The notes: a model not told the origin generated them from the letters alone. 64,000 bases of DNA from Camelus ferus (GCF_009834535.1 NC_045696.1:115632001-115696000); one strand, 5' to 3'. Shown: positions 25,116 to 38,768, numbered from the stretch's first letter. Numbers and translations are program-made.

Positions 25116-25825
25116 TACCCAAACCCTTCTGCATATTTTATTTAATGATTAAAAAATAAATCATGCCAAAGAGGTAGAATAGATGTTATTTTCATTTTTT
25201 TTCAATTAAGCAGCTGAGGTTTGGAGAACCCAGGTCCCAGACTTAAGGTCACAAACTATAATGTACGCACATGAAAGAGAGACAATTGCAAAGCAGAGGG
25301 GGAAAACACGCAATCTTCACTTCCCTCTGCGAGAGTTTAGAGCTGCTGGTGTCAGGTTGAGCCTTACAGGAGCACGGTTTTCTCCGCACCTCCCTAACGT
25401 GGACCCCGGGACCTCTCAGCCACACGAAGTCCTCAGACTGACTTCAAAGTGCAAAATGGCATGAATCTGTCCCATTTTTCAGTGATTTATATTTTGCTGC
25501 TCTGCTCCATTGACACCACGGTGTAATGACCTATATTTCATTTCTTGCTGACTTTACCTGCACATCAGGCAGTTGCTGTTAAAGTCCTAATGTACCAAAG
25601 CAAAGGTGAGTGGATGATCAGGAGATGGGCACCTACCGCTCAGAGTTTCCTTAGCGTCATCCACCGTGAGACAGTCAAGCCAATGCCGTGAACCCCCCAA
25701 ATAGGAAAAACCTGAGCCAATTCAGCATTACGATGAGGGACAGCGTCCATATTTCCAGTAAAGATAATAACGGAGCTAAGAAACAAGAACAGAAGTATTA
25801 AGCAGTCAAGATCTCCTGACAGGGA

Positions 25826-25960
25826 CATTCATTCAGTCATTTACTCACGCAGCTTGGAAGTTATAGTTGATCTGTTGAACCCCTGACTCTGTGTTAAGCA
25901 CCAGTGTTGCAAAAATCAGTTTCCTTGTCCCTGCTTTTATGGAATTCATGCTCTTAGGGA
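25826..25960 (-). mobile_element. L2 3' end fragment
   Basis: cattcattca...ctgtgttaagcacca...gtccctgctttt. Confidence 0.55.
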
Positions 25961-26929
25961 CGTGTGGGATGCGAGGAACTTCCTTGGAAGGTGGAAACAT
26001 CTGTGATGCGACGTGATGAAGTTTACAACGCAATACAGCATGGAAGAAGGTGAGCAGGAATGGAAGCTTCCGTCTGGATGGTGAAGGGCTTGGAAAGTGA
26101 TGACAGGGATTCAGGATGATTTTAGGTAACTAGGGATAGTGGACTTTACTTTATAGCAGTGTGATGACTCAAACAGCAATGTCAAGAAAGTGGAAATATC
26201 CCCTCCCATTAACCAGTCTGACTCTTGAGCGCTATTCTCTGCTCGAAAGAAACGTCATGTTATTAAAAATGACCTGTTATGATTATTTGGATCATTTGTT
26301 CACAATTTTAAAGTACTTCCGCCTTGTTTGGTTTTCTTTAGAGGGTACATCCTTCGCTTATGAATATTTCCTCCATGACCCTGTCCCACCTGCAGAAACC
26401 ATTCGAAAAACCTGTGAATAAATACACGAAATATTTCTATCGGGTTGTCTCTTGTAGGAATTTTTGCAAAGGAAAATTCGGAGTATGTATGTGAAAAATA
26501 ATTCTCTTATTCTCTTGGCTCAGCCCAGCAGTGAATAATAGGAGAAGAGGATGGCTTAGAAAAATAACAACACTGGCAATGTATAATTACTGAGGCTTTG
26601 TTATGTTTCAGGCATTGGGGGTAAGACTGTGAGTAATGTACTTAGATTCATTTCCCTTTTAACCTGAGAATTGGGTAGATGGCACATCAGAGCTGGGTCA
26701 TGGAGGAGGCATGAGATTTGGAGAAAGAAGGGGGAAAGTATTAACTTCTCAGTCTTAATTCTCATTTACAAAATGGAGCGAAAATGGTCAACTTTTCATA
26801 ACTCCCAAAGTCCATCAATCTCTTTCACTTACCCTGCTCTAGTCAAGTATTTATCTATTCTTGAAACCTTATGACGTATTTCTATGTTTGTTGACTTCCT
26901 CCCCCACTAGAATACAATTCTTGACAAAA

Positions 26930-27480
26930 TGCGTCTAACCTGAGTGAAATAGCGAGGGAACGCCAGACAAACCCAAATGGAAGAGCATTCTGTGTAATAG
27001 CGGGTATGTACTAGTTCACAGTACCAGACTGAGAAAATTTTCTAGATGACAAAGTAGAGCAAAAGATGGTAGATGAATACATTATGTGATTCTCAATTGG
27101 ATCTTGAGCTAAGGGAAAATAGCTATGAAGGATATTATTGGAGCAATTGATGGAATTTATATAGTGACTCGGAATCAGAGGAGAAAAATGAATCAATACT
27201 AAATTTCTGGACTTAATATAATTGTATCATTGCTAAATAATAGAATATCATTGTTCCTAAACTGAAATGTTTAGCAGTACATTTCCCACTTAGTATCCAG
27301 TGGGGCAAAAATACAGAATATAGAGAGAGATTAATATAGAAAAATAGAAACTAGAAACATAGAAAAGATAGAATTGGTAAATTTGGTAAGTGACATATAA
27401 GAGCCCCTTTTAGTATCCTTGCAACTGTTCTGTGTGTTTGAAATTGTCAGAATTTAAAGATATAAGCAAGCACAATAAAT
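26930..27480 (+). mobile_element. Old L1M (L1MC/L1ME-like) 3' UTR fragment
   Basis: cagacaaacccaaatggaagagcattct...ggatcttg...aaggatattattggagcaatt...ccttgcaactgttctgtgtgtttgaaatt. Confidence 0.65.
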
Positions 27481-27621
27481 ATACAATTTATGCTTTCCAG
27501 AGAGGCTGACAGTGCCAGGCACTGGTGAAGACATGGAAACACTGGAAGCAGTATTTAAATTGCTGTAACCTCACTGGAGAAGACATTGACAGTATCTAAC
27601 AGCTGTGATGATATTTATACT

Positions 27622-28087
27622 TGGGGAAGGCCGAACGCCCCCACAAAGCTGTCCACATTCTAATTTCTGGAATATCTTCCTTTACTGGTAAAAGGGACTT
27701 TGCGATGTGATTAAGTTAAAGATCTTGAGATGGGGAGATAACCCTGGATTATCTGTGTGGGGCCCAACATAATCACAAGGGTCCTCTTAGGAGGGAGGCA
27801 GGAGAGTAAAGCCACAGAGAGATGTGAAGATGTCGCATTGCTGGCTTTGAAGATCAAGGAGGGGGCCACGAGTCAAGGGATGGAGGCCACCTCCAGAAGC
27901 TGGAAAAGGCAAAAGCAGTTGGATTCTCCCCTAGAGCTTCTGGATGAGATATGGTCCTGCCGACACCTTGATTTTGGGTGGTGACATTTCAGACCCTGAT
28001 CTCCAGAACCCTAAGATAATACATTTGTGTTGTTTAAACCTACCGTTTGTGGTTAACTTGCTGTGGCAACAGTAGGAAGTTAGTGTA
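27622..28087 (+). mobile_element. MaLR LTR (MLT1D-like)
   Basis: aaaagggactttgcgatgtgattaagttaaagatcttgagatggggagat...gctggaaaaggcaa...gattctcccctagagc...atttgtgttgttt. Confidence 0.88.
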
Positions 28088-28527
28088 TTGTCCGATATTT
28101 CTCTTTTCAATTTCTAGACTTTAAAGAAAATCTCATGAATGGGACCAAGATATTCACATTCAGGTACCATCTGTAACAGGAATACTGGGGACAACAGGAT
28201 GTCCATCGATAGGAAAATAGTTAAACCATCTAGTCATCTGATGAAACACCAAATGAGTGAATCACAAAAATAGAATGTTGAGTGAAAAGGAAAAAAAAAA
28301 AAAAGATTTGCAGTATGAAATGTAGGTCCAAAATGACACCATATATGTAAATTCTTAAAATATTCCAAATAGTGCTCTGTATTAAGAATACTTATATATA
28401 CAAATAATAATTCCTGGTTTTTATCTCCAGAGTTTGAGTAGTTTCTCTAAGCTGTGAATAGGGGGTGCTATAAATATTTCTAAGATATTACCATTGTCCT
28501 CAAAAAAAAAAATTTTATATTCTAGAC

Positions 28528-28740
28528 CAAATTATCCTGTAAACAGTCAAATAATAAATATTTCAGCCTCTGTAAGCCATATGGTCTCTGTTGCAATCAC
28601 TCAGTTTTGCTGTTGTCACATGAAAGCAACTATAAACAATACGTAAATGAATATGTGTGACTGTGTTCTAATAAAATTTTATTTATAAATAGAGCCCGCA
28701 GGCTGGGATTTGGTCCACAAGCTGTAATTCGCTGCCTCCT
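28528..28740. mobile_element. hAT-Charlie MITE (MER58A-like)
   Basis: ctgtaaacagtcaaataataaatattt...gccatatggtctctgttgcaa...ctgtgttctaataaaattttattta; flanked by tctagac/cttagac. Confidence 0.8.
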
Positions 28741-31700
28741 CTTAGACTAAATATTTTACACTTCCTCCCACAACCATGGCTATGTTTTTACTATCCTATG
28801 AATTGAAAAAAATACACATGCACAATTTATGGGCCCCCTTCAGTAATTCCACTTGTCCTAAGGGGCTAAAGATTTAGGTTTGGGAAACCACACTTATGGT
28901 CGAAATAAGTTAAGCACACAAATAATTAAAACACAAGATTGAGCATACGAGAAAAGAGGTTTGAACAAAGGTCTCTGGGACTTTATCAGGAGAGAAATCA
29001 ATGGGGTGTTGGAGAATGCTCGGGGTGAGAGTAGGGTGTGGCTGGGTGTGTAGAAATAGACTGAAACTTACATGAGTAAAGGCATGGGGTCCAGAAAACA
29101 CGTGGTGTGTGAGCAAGAAAGGAGAGAATAGGGTTTTTGTTGATTGTTGTTTTTTGGTGACAGGATACGCTACATGAAAGATAGAGGTTAAAAATGCTCA
29201 CAGAAGGTAATTTGGAAATTGAGCTTTTCAGGGCTCTAAGCTCTAATTTTGGAGCCAAGAATGTCTCAGTATCACACAAATCTTAACGATACTTTATTAA
29301 TTTCCCCCCAAGACATTTCTAAAGGTTCAACTTGCTGAGAAAATGGTTGAAATTGCTTTCAGGGGACAGGTTTTTTTTTTTTTTTTTTTTTAAAGATCTC
29401 TTTTACTTTATATTTTTTGGCTTAGAATACGGCAGAAAAAATGTGTTCATAAACTCCAAGACCTTTTAAGATATCAAATGCATTTTTGAAAACTGATGAA
29501 TAATAATGAAAATGACCTAAGAGTTTTCTGACTCTATCTTTCTGCCAGCTCGTTGTTCATGTTAATATACTTTGCTGTATGTTATCGCCTCTGGTTTAAA
29601 AAAAAATCCACTGGGGATGAAACCATTGAAGAAATTTGCAGTTTCTTCCCTTGGCAAGTCATCACTGTGGCCAGATCAATTTCTGTGATTTTTCAAAGTA
29701 CATTCTTCTTTTGCTTAACTTTAGCTTATTATTCCTTGCTTTGTTTCCCAGAAAGAAAGTGATTCCTTCCTCTCCTTAAGGTTTATTTATTTCAGCTTGT
29801 TGTATTCTTTCCATGTGTGGCTCCACAGTTCACCATTAAGTCATCTGATACTATGCAGATCCAGCACTGCAAGTATTTCTTTGTTAATCAGTCCTCTGTG
29901 ACTCCCTCCCATAATGTATTTATGTTGCACAGGGAAAGCCCAAGGACATCACAAAATATCGCCTTCTTTGTTTCTACTTATTTTTTACAGTTTGGGTCAA
30001 AAAATGGTGTTTGGTTTCTGTCTACATGACAGAAAAATAACGATAATCTTAAGAGAAATTTAAAATAAGAAAAAATACCACGAACCAAAAAATGATGGCT
30101 TTTTTCCATCTACAAGAATGTTTGGGATTGTGTTGTGAATGTGTTTGTGTATTTATGAGTGTGTGTCTGAATGTATCGTTGTTTTATCCCAAGACTATAA
30201 TTAACTGGAAGAAAACGTTAGCAAAAAGCAACTATTATACTTCCTGTATTTAAGTAGCCGATACTTTTACTGAGAAAGGGCTTCCTAATTTGGAGTGTAC
30301 TTAGGGTTTCGTGGTCTTATGCAGAAATCAATTTAAAAATGATGAGGGAGTCTTGTAGAAAGAAAGAGAATTGTGGAGAAGGCGGTCAAACCAGTAGGGA
30401 GAGCTGTATTTGTGATTATCTCAGAGCACTGCTTCTCTGAGACTCCCATACCTCATTCCACCTAGTTCCCACTGTCAGAACGAAATACTCTCTCTGAGGT
30501 GACTCTTGATTTGCCCGTCCTTGCTCATGCCTCTGGTATGTTTTTATCTCTAACGCAGAGCATCTTTCAATGTATTATCATTCCTTGGGCATCTCTTTTC
30601 TTTTCCCTTCCCGGTCATTGTAATAGAATGCTACCCGTGTTAAACACAACCCCATTTGAATCACAAAGCAGTCTTGATGTTGAGTTGTTTGCCCAAGTGT
30701 AGTATGGAAAAAAAAAAAATTGAGCCCAAATTGCATCCATTCTTTTAAGTCAAAAAGTCTTGAACCTGGTATTAAGAAATTTCACAGAATCCAAATTCAA
30801 ACTACATAACATACTCTTTCCTCCCATTATGTGTTTATTCCATCAACAGAAGCAACTAAATCAGGTTGGTTTACTTGTTCTTTATATACCCAAGCACCTC
30901 TTCATTCATGACTCTTTATTATGAAGTAGCTACTCAGAAGATTTCTGCAGCATTCACAGAATTAGAAGTTTCCCCTAATATTTAATTTATAATTAAAAAT
31001 AAGTTATACCAAACATTGCCATTTCTATTCTAAGCAATTTAGGTTAACATTTGTTATCAATTTTAAGTAATAAATATTAATGGAGATGTAACCAACATCA
31101 TTTATTTCATTTTGAAGTAGTCAGGTAGTTGACTAGAACCATGCTATAATTTCACACCTTGTCTCTGTCCCTTTATGTAATCATCACTCTCTGAGCTAGA
31201 TGGGCACGTGAAACTGCTCTGTACTCCAAATTTGGGGAAACTGGTGTTAGAGTAACTGTGTTTTTTTCTTTTACTTACATTCACATTTCTAAAGACATAT
31301 ATAACAGAAGCACAGTTAACTTTGTTGTCTTTTCTTGTCTCCCTTTGTGTAGATTTTAATAAAATTTAATCTTTGTAAATATTATGCTTTTATTTTATGT
31401 GTTTATTATGAGAAAGCATTAGAGAAACTCCTACACAGTATCTGAAACTCCCTGGTGCTACTAAGTATCAATATATTTTTTCATATTTGAAACACTGTGG
31501 ATAATAAATAGTTCATGACCTTTATTTCATGTTTGTAAGACAAGACAAGTTTTGCAGGTTAGTATTTGTAGGTTTTCAATCAGGAGCTGGACCTGAAAAG
31601 TCCACACACACTTGAGAATTCACTTATGCTTGCTTTTTTCATATGTATGTTTCTACCAAAAATAAAAAAGGAAAGAAAAGAAAAGAAAAACACTTGTCCA

Positions 31701-32171
31701 TCGGTGTCCAGGGAAAAGCAAGAAATGTTTGCAACCAGAGATAGGTCCTTAATTGCTTCCCCAAGGGAAATATTTAAAGAGAGTAGACTGTTTTCTTCTT
31801 CTTAGAATAGTCATGAGATTATTCCTACAACAGATCAGCTCTAAGTTCTGAGAAACATCACAACGAAAGAAATCACACACCTCAACAAGTGTGCTCTGTA
31901 TCACCTCCAGGACCCAAGACTGTTCAGATCCTTGAAAAGTTCCACATGTGACAGGAGCTGGAGACACTGCTGAAAAAGCTCAAATAACTATAGTCGTTAT
32001 AATTTATAAGCAGTAAAGGGAGAGAGACCTACAGGGAGCTGGAGGACCAAATGAGCTTTTGCTCAGGGAGGAGACAAAATTTTGAAGTATTATTTATACA
32101 ATTTGGTTATAAAGTACAAAGTATCTTCATTCAGTGGACAAATATGTGTTGAGACAGTGTGATGGCCGACG

Positions 32172-32335
32172 TGGTGGGCAGAATTCTAAGACAGCCCTGA
32201 GATCCCTGCCTCCTGGGGGTTCACACCCCATAGAATCCTTTTTCCCAAATGTGGGCAGAGTATGTAGATGGTACATCAGTCCAGGGATTTTGCAGGTATA
32301 ATAACGTTACTGAGGAGTTTGACTTTGAGTTAAAC
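32172..32335 (+). mobile_element. MaLR LTR 5' fragment (MLT1E/F-like)
   Basis: gtggtgggcagaattctaagac...tgactttgagttaa. Confidence 0.6.
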
Positions 32336-33959
32336 CAAGTTAACTCACTAAGCCAATGAGAAAGGATTAAGTGCACAGGGGGAAATGGAAAAAGTAAATA
32401 ACAGGAATTTTCTATTGTCATTGAAGTAGCACCAGGTATCCCAAACTTAGGAAGTTCAAAGGGAGATAAGAGGGCAGCTCCTGGAGACGGAAACAAGTGG
32501 GTTTTCTTTGGGCTTCCAAGAGGTTCTGGAAACATCAGCAGCAGGCTTAGTTCAGGAATGTTCTGAGGGTGATTGTAGAGATAAGAAAAGCATCCGTGTA
32601 CTTGAACACTGATTAAGAAGTTCCTTTGGTCCTGCGGTCCCGACGTGCCCCACGGGCCATCCTCACCTGCCTCTCCCATAGGTAACAGCCTCAGCGTGTT
32701 GATCCTAGTACTTGGCTCTGCCCCTAACCTCCCATGCTTGGTGTCACCTCTGAGCTCTGCGACACTGTTTTAGCTCATTTTCCGTCTTCCCATGTTGGCC
32801 TGATCTGCCCCTTAGTCTGTGTTTACAAGGAGCTTCCATCGAACATGGTGAATACCTCTGTCCTAGCATTGGTCACACTGTTCCAAGATTGTCTGTCACC
32901 TTATCTGTCTCCCTCACTCTCCTATGGCCACTTGGAGTTTCTGTAACAGGTCTATAATCTCTGTAGTTTTAGCCTATCCAACGTCTGATATTAAGTGACG
33001 ATATTAAGTGAATGGGATCCGCTTTAATGAATGAGTGGGTGGGACCAAACATCTATTTTCAAAAATAGTGTGAGTCATTCCAGTCTTCCCTTCTGTCAAT
33101 GTCTCCTTCCCTGGGGTTAAAAGACACCGATATTTCATGAAGACCTCTAAAGAACCAGGTGGTGCAAATCCAGCAGCAGTCTTGGGAATCAGGGAGCCAG
33201 AACCAAACAGAGATGTCATAGTGGAAGTAGAGTCAACCTCTGTGCCGTGACTAAAGAAAATCAGAATAGAGAAAAATGTTGCAAAGGCTACAGTGAAAGA
33301 TATCCCAGAAATGCTGCAGAGGGAGTTTGTTTTTCTCCTCTAATTTTTTGCATTTCCTCTAGAATATGAAGTGCCAAGAGTAAAGTGCTATGAAGGGCGC
33401 ACGGAAAGCTTGGCAGATCCTTCTGTTTAAATAGAACCCCACTGCTAGAGCAGACACTATTTTGAAATATGACAATACCTTCTGATCTCTTTTCCCTTGT
33501 TCTTCATTACGGCGAACATTTTCAGGATAATAGGATGTCTTTCTTTTAGCGGCGCATCTGTTCCGGCTCCACTGTCTTCGCTTGAAATCATAATTTCCTC
33601 CTTGGGAATGTACAGTTGGTGGCAAGGAGAGATGATTATGATGTAATAAACAGAAACGATGGCTTCAGGTGGGTTAGAGTCATTAAGAAACCAAGGTTTT
33701 TGCTTCCAAGTAAATTCCTCGGCTGATTAAAAAGAGGAAAAGGAAGCCAAAATATATGCACTGTCTCAGCAGAATGGCCTCAGAACTGAATGGCTTCTCC
33801 GTCAAATCATCTCTGATTTGAGTTGTTGATTCTTTATAGTTTGTGTCACAGCTGTTGTGGTTAAGTATATTTATTATTGTCACATACACATATGTATGTG
33901 TGTGTGTGTGTATGTGTGTATATATAATCACCTTCAGTTTATTATTGATAATATAAGGA

Positions 33960-34380
33960 ATAGAAGCTGTCTTTGGAACAGACTTGGATTGAATTCCAGC
34001 TGAAACACTTTGTGACTTTGGGCACATTAGCCACTTTGAGTCTTACTGGCTGTTTTGCAAAACTTCTGATGAAAACATCAGCTTCTCTGTTTCTCAAAAT
34101 ACTAACTACTATATATAAAATAGATAAACAAAAAGGTCCTACTCTATAGCACCGGGAACTATATCCAATATCCTGTAGTAACCTATAATGATAAAGATTA
34201 TGAAAAGGAATATATGCGTGTATATGTATGACTGAAACATGATGCTGTGCACCAGAAACTGACACAACATTGTAAATTGCCTATACTTCAATAAAAAGAA
34301 AAAATAATACAATAAAATAAAATGCATGGGCCGGGATGTCTGACCCATGAAAGTGCTAAATATATGGCATTATTATCATT
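33960..34380 (+). mobile_element. MIR interrupted by an L1 3' end
   Basis: cagacttggattgaattccagct...tgtgactttgggca...cagcttctctgtttctcaaaat; resumes catgaaagtgcta after the L1. Confidence 0.55.
34101..34322 (+). mobile_element. Short LINE-1 3' end
   Basis: tatataaaatagataaacaaaaaggtcctactctatagcac...gctgtgcaccagaaactgacacaacattgtaa...caataaa plus A-rich tail. Confidence 0.9.
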
Positions 34381-34631
34381 CTGTGAAAAATCACCCCCTA
34401 GCCTCATACGACAGCTCTGTGTCTTTAGTTTCTAGTATGAATATTGCCTTTGCCAGTGTCTGTCTCAGGCCCCTCAGTCCTGATTCCACGTTTTGCCTTT
34501 GAGCCCAGGTAATCTAGCTTCCGTTTTTCTACCTGCTTACACCTGTCTGCCCAAACATGGGCTTCTGCCTAATTTCTACACACAGCATTTTGATATCCTG
34601 AAAAACAGATTCACGCTTCTTAAATAAAAAT

Positions 34632-34793
34632 TCTTTTTTAAATTTTATTTAATCAGTCTTTTGGTGGGGGAGGGTGTCAGTGAGGTAATTAGGTTTTTAT
34701 TTAATTTATTTGTTTTAATGGAGGCACTGGGGATTGAACCCAGGAACTTGTGCATGCTAAGCTCACACTCTACCACTGAGCTGTGTCCTTCTC
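34632..34793 (-). mobile_element. Vic-1-like tRNA-Ala SINE
   Basis: gaggtaattaggttt...ggggattgaacccagg...ctctaccactgagctg. Confidence 0.9.
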
Positions 34794-34811
34794 TCCAGAG
34801 ATCTTTCTCTT

Positions 34812-35012
34812 TACAGAAGAGAGATGACGACATGTGAGGACCAGCAAGAGAGCAACCATTAGCAAGACAGAAGAGAGGTCTCATCGGAAACTGAATCAGC
34901 TGCTACCTTGATCTAGAACTTCCAGCCTCTAGAAGAGTGAGAAGATACATTTCTGTTGCAAAGCCACCCAGTCTGTGGTATCTTGTCACGGCAACCCTAG
35001 CAGATTAATGCA
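34812..35012 (+). mobile_element. MaLR LTR 3' half (MLT1A/B-like)
   Basis: ccttgatctagaacttccagcctctagaa...atttctgttgcaaagccacccagtctgtggtat...gcagattaatgca. Confidence 0.8.
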
Positions 35013-36398
35013 CCTCCGTACACACTACATTTGAAATCACATAAGGTATTAATTTTAATATACTGTGACAATGCATTTGCATGAATGCAAACAGACACGC
35101 TTTTATCCAGAAACCGCACACAAAAATTGTTTTTCTTAAATGAAGGATGCTTACTAGATATGCTAATTTCAGTCTCCCCCTGGGACTAAAAGATTTGTGT
35201 GCAGTTAAGCAGCATTTATATTCATCTATACTAACTTCGAAAACGGAAGGCGTTGCCAAAAGATGAAGTGTGCGTCGCTCTTAACGCCACCAAGAGGGCT
35301 GAATCAGAGTGTTTCTCATGACAAAATACTGCTGTATTTGGATGGATTAGCCCCTCAAATATAATGAATGAGGAGTATTCAGAGAATAAAAGAGTAAGTG
35401 TGGAGTACCCAGCACCATCCTAGGACACGGTAGGTTTCCGATCGATAGCAGCTTTCTCTCTCCACCCTCACTGCACGTTACACTGCTGCACAATGTACGC
35501 CTCCACGCACGTGTCCTTGATTTTCAAGGTTTTCATAACCCTTGACTATTAACTGCACAGAACTGTTTTATTTTGTGCTTGATACAGTCATTTACAAACA
35601 GAAGTGTTATGTCTCATAATTTGATAGATGTCATCCAATGATTAACAAAATCAATGCTATGCCAGCATCATTTTTATAAAAAACTATGGGGCTAGACAAA
35701 AATAATCTATAATAGATAATGGTCACCCAACTCTATAATTTTAAATTAAAAGCCTGGATATATTTCCTAATTTAGGCTCGTGTACAGAATTCTATGAACA
35801 GAAGAATTGGGATTTACTGCAATTTTTTGTGATCATGATCCCCAACAGCTTCTTGGTTCTTTAGAAAATTTTGGTCAATTTTTATCATTTTTTAATTGGT
35901 ATTCTATTTCTACAATTTTGAGAGGAAAGTGACCAAGATCAAATTGATCCTCACTGTTTTGTCTGATTTAAAAGCATTAAATATATGATATAAATGTTAA
36001 CATACATCAACACAGAACAGTTAGCTCACAGTGTATGTTTAAATTTGCCCATACATCAATGAGCAATGGGTTGAAGATAAAATAAAAACCATCTTCCAAT
36101 TGTAGAATAGAAGAGCTATTTTTAGTCTTTGAAGACCCCTTCAGAAAGAAGGTGGCTTTGTTTTGCCACATCCAGAAATAGCATAGGAACCAGAAAATGA
36201 ATTATTTCTCTTGGGATGACATATGACACAAATACACAGATCACCCAACATCCACACGATTTTACTGAGTGATGTGTCATGATTCTTCTTTCTCTGGGTC
36301 TCTTATATGTCACAAGGCTACCGCCATTCAGTACATATGGGACTTAACCATCTGCTTACATAGTTTCTGTCAATTTCTACTTAACTTTAGTCCTAGTC

Positions 36399-36757
36399 TG
36401 TCTTCATCAGTTCACACTGCTATAACAACCATGGATAGGGTAGGCTTATGAACAACAGAAATGTATTTCACACAGTTTTGGGGGCTTGAATTCGAGATCA
36501 GGGTACAAACACAGCTGGGTTCTGATGAGAGACCTCTTCCAGAATGCACACAGCTCCCTGCTCACTGTGTCCCTTATAGGGCAGATGGGCAAGGGAACCC
36601 TCTGAGTTTCTTTTATAAAGGACACTAATTCCATTCATGGGGGTCCTGTGCCCTCATGACTGAATCACCTCCTAAAGCCGTCGCCTCCAAATACCATCAC
36701 ATTGGAGGTTAGGTTTCAACATATGACTTTGGAGAAGACACAAATATCCAATCTACA
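36399..36757 (-). mobile_element. MaLR LTR (MLT1A-like)
   Basis: ctgctataacaa...aacaacagaaatgtatttc...tttcttttataaaggacactaattccattcatg...ccaaataccatcacattggaggttaggtttcaacatatg. Confidence 0.88.
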
Positions 36758-36994
36758 GCTGAATCCGTATAATATTGACATTAAAAAAAAAACAAAAACA
36801 CTTTTTCCCCTGATCACTGAAAAACACTTCAGAAAGATACTTTTAGATGCATATTGTTGTTTAAGCAAAGTTAAGCACACTCTGTAATAGAATTAAATAT
36901 AAAATCTCACGAGGAGATCAAGAAGAGGCGGCTGGCAAGGTCCTAGGTTCAAAACCTAGTACCGCCACTTAAAAAAAAAAAAAGACCAAACAAA

Positions 36995-37135
36995 GGGAGA
37001 GGGTACAGCTCAGTGGTAGAGCATGTGCTTAGCATGCACAAGGTCCTGGGTTCAATCCCCAGCACCTCCTCTGAAAATAAATAAATAAATAAGTAAATAA
37101 ACCTAATTACCTGCCTCTCCCCTCCCCTCAAAAAA
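36995..37135 (+). mobile_element. Vic-1-like tRNA-Ala SINE
   Basis: gtacagctcagtggtagagcatgtgcttagcatgcacaaggtcctgggttcaatccccagcacctcc, then (taaa)n and acctaattacc. Confidence 0.93.
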
Positions 37136-38238
37136 GGGGCAGCTGGTCCCTGGATGGTGGTGTGGAAGAGGGAGGACTCACTTCTCCACGTTACCTGCCA
37201 CTGTCAGTTTCTTCGCAATAAAGAAGCAGCTCACTGCACCGAGTCATACTTTGGACCTCTAATTAGTCCATTTCACTGATGGGAAGCATGACCGTGCCTT
37301 AAAAGGTCTTGCACGTAGACGTGGATGTAATCCTCCTGTGTTCTCTTTCCTTCCTCTTGTCCCCTGATGCTGATGCAGGAAGCCATTCCAGGGCCTTCTC
37401 TGAGGGAGGCCAGGGATCACCCTGCAGACCACTTTCGGGATCTTCCATTTGTGCTACAAGATCAGTTAAGAGAGCTGAGGCTGTCCATCTGGAAATGTAT
37501 TGTCACTTGGTAATCAGTCAGCCTCTGAAAGCTGACTTATGGCAAAATTTAGACACACGAAGGGGGAGATACCCTTATAGGCTTTGAGATCACAAATTCC
37601 AGCTCACTTTTACAGAAAGCTGTGCATTACAATTACAGGCATTAGCACAGTCAACAATAAAATCAGCGCTTAATTTCCACTGTGATTGTTTTTTGTTTGC
37701 CAATTACCCCCATGATCTTCAAAGGTGTGGATATGCTTTGAGCAGTATTTAGCATCTCAGGTCTCCTGACCAAGATAGAATATTAATATCATTGAGTATT
37801 ATTTTAGATACAAGACTAAATATAAAGAGCTCATAGATACATTATGTTATATATGTATGTGTGTGTATATATATATGTATACACATATACTGCTCTAAGC
37901 ACTAATTTCAGTCATTTGTCACAGAATAGAGATGGAAGTTTCTGTATCTTTAGAAACAATACTGTTTTCTCCATAATTCTGCTTTGGAATGTCTGTTAAT
38001 GACATTATGGAATAAAAAAGAAGCCTAGACAACTGAGCTCTGGTTTGAAATTTGTTGATCACTCATTGAATAATTCAACACTACCTGTAAAGTGGAAAGG
38101 CTCTTTCTTAGATACTTCATTGGGTTGTCGTATCATTCATTCAGTCATTTATTCACTCAACAACTGTGTTTATTGAGTGTGTGCTATGTGACATCATTAT
38201 GCTAAACTAGTGGTTCAGTAATTAAAAGTATGAGGCTC

Positions 38239-38372
38239 TTTAATGAAACAGAATATGAAAATGAACATATGTATGTATCTGCATGACTGGGACACTGTCC
38301 TGTACCCCAGAAATTGACCCATTGTAACTGACGGTACTTCAGTAAAAATTTTTTAAAAATTAAAGCAAAAAA
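38239..38372 (+). mobile_element. Very short young LINE-1 3' end inserted in an L2
   Basis: gcatgactgggacactgtcctgtaccccagaaattgac...gtaactgac; TSD core aaaagtat on both sides. Confidence 0.85.
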
Positions 38373-38607
38373 AGTATAAAAGACTGCTTGCAGAGGGTGG
38401 AAATACTTGTGAAGGCATTTTGACAGGTTTTCAGTTCTACTTTATAAATATAAATATGATGATTTTACACGTTCTGAGGTTGGCCAGAAGTAAGCCCATA
38501 TTCTTTGACTCAGAAACCACACCTCTTGAGATATTTTCCCAAGGACTTTCAGAAGAAGGAAAACGTAAATGCACAGGTACTTACTGAGCTCTTAGTGTAT
38601 TCTCACC

Positions 38608-38768
38608 AGTGCTGTCCAATAAAATGGTCCGTGACAATGTAAATGCCCTTTACCTGCACTGTTAAATATGGTAACCACTAGCCACTTCTGATTTAATTTT
38701 ATTTCATTTTGATTAATTTAAAGTTAAATTTAAGTAGCCATGTGTGACTACCATGTTGGATTTCATAG
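38608..38768. mobile_element. hAT-Charlie MITE (MER3-like) within a MIR
   Basis: cagtgctgtccaata...tgcactgttaaatatggtaaccactagccac...tagccatgtg...ccatgttgga. Confidence 0.75.

Noticed and set aside
32987..33011. 12-bp tandem duplication gatattaagtga
   Set aside because: Ordinary slippage duplication in an L2 tail
35283..35300. CTCF-like motif cgccaccaagagggc (also gaaccaggtggtgc at ~33152)
   Set aside because: Mismatches at core positions; cannot be supported without ChIP data
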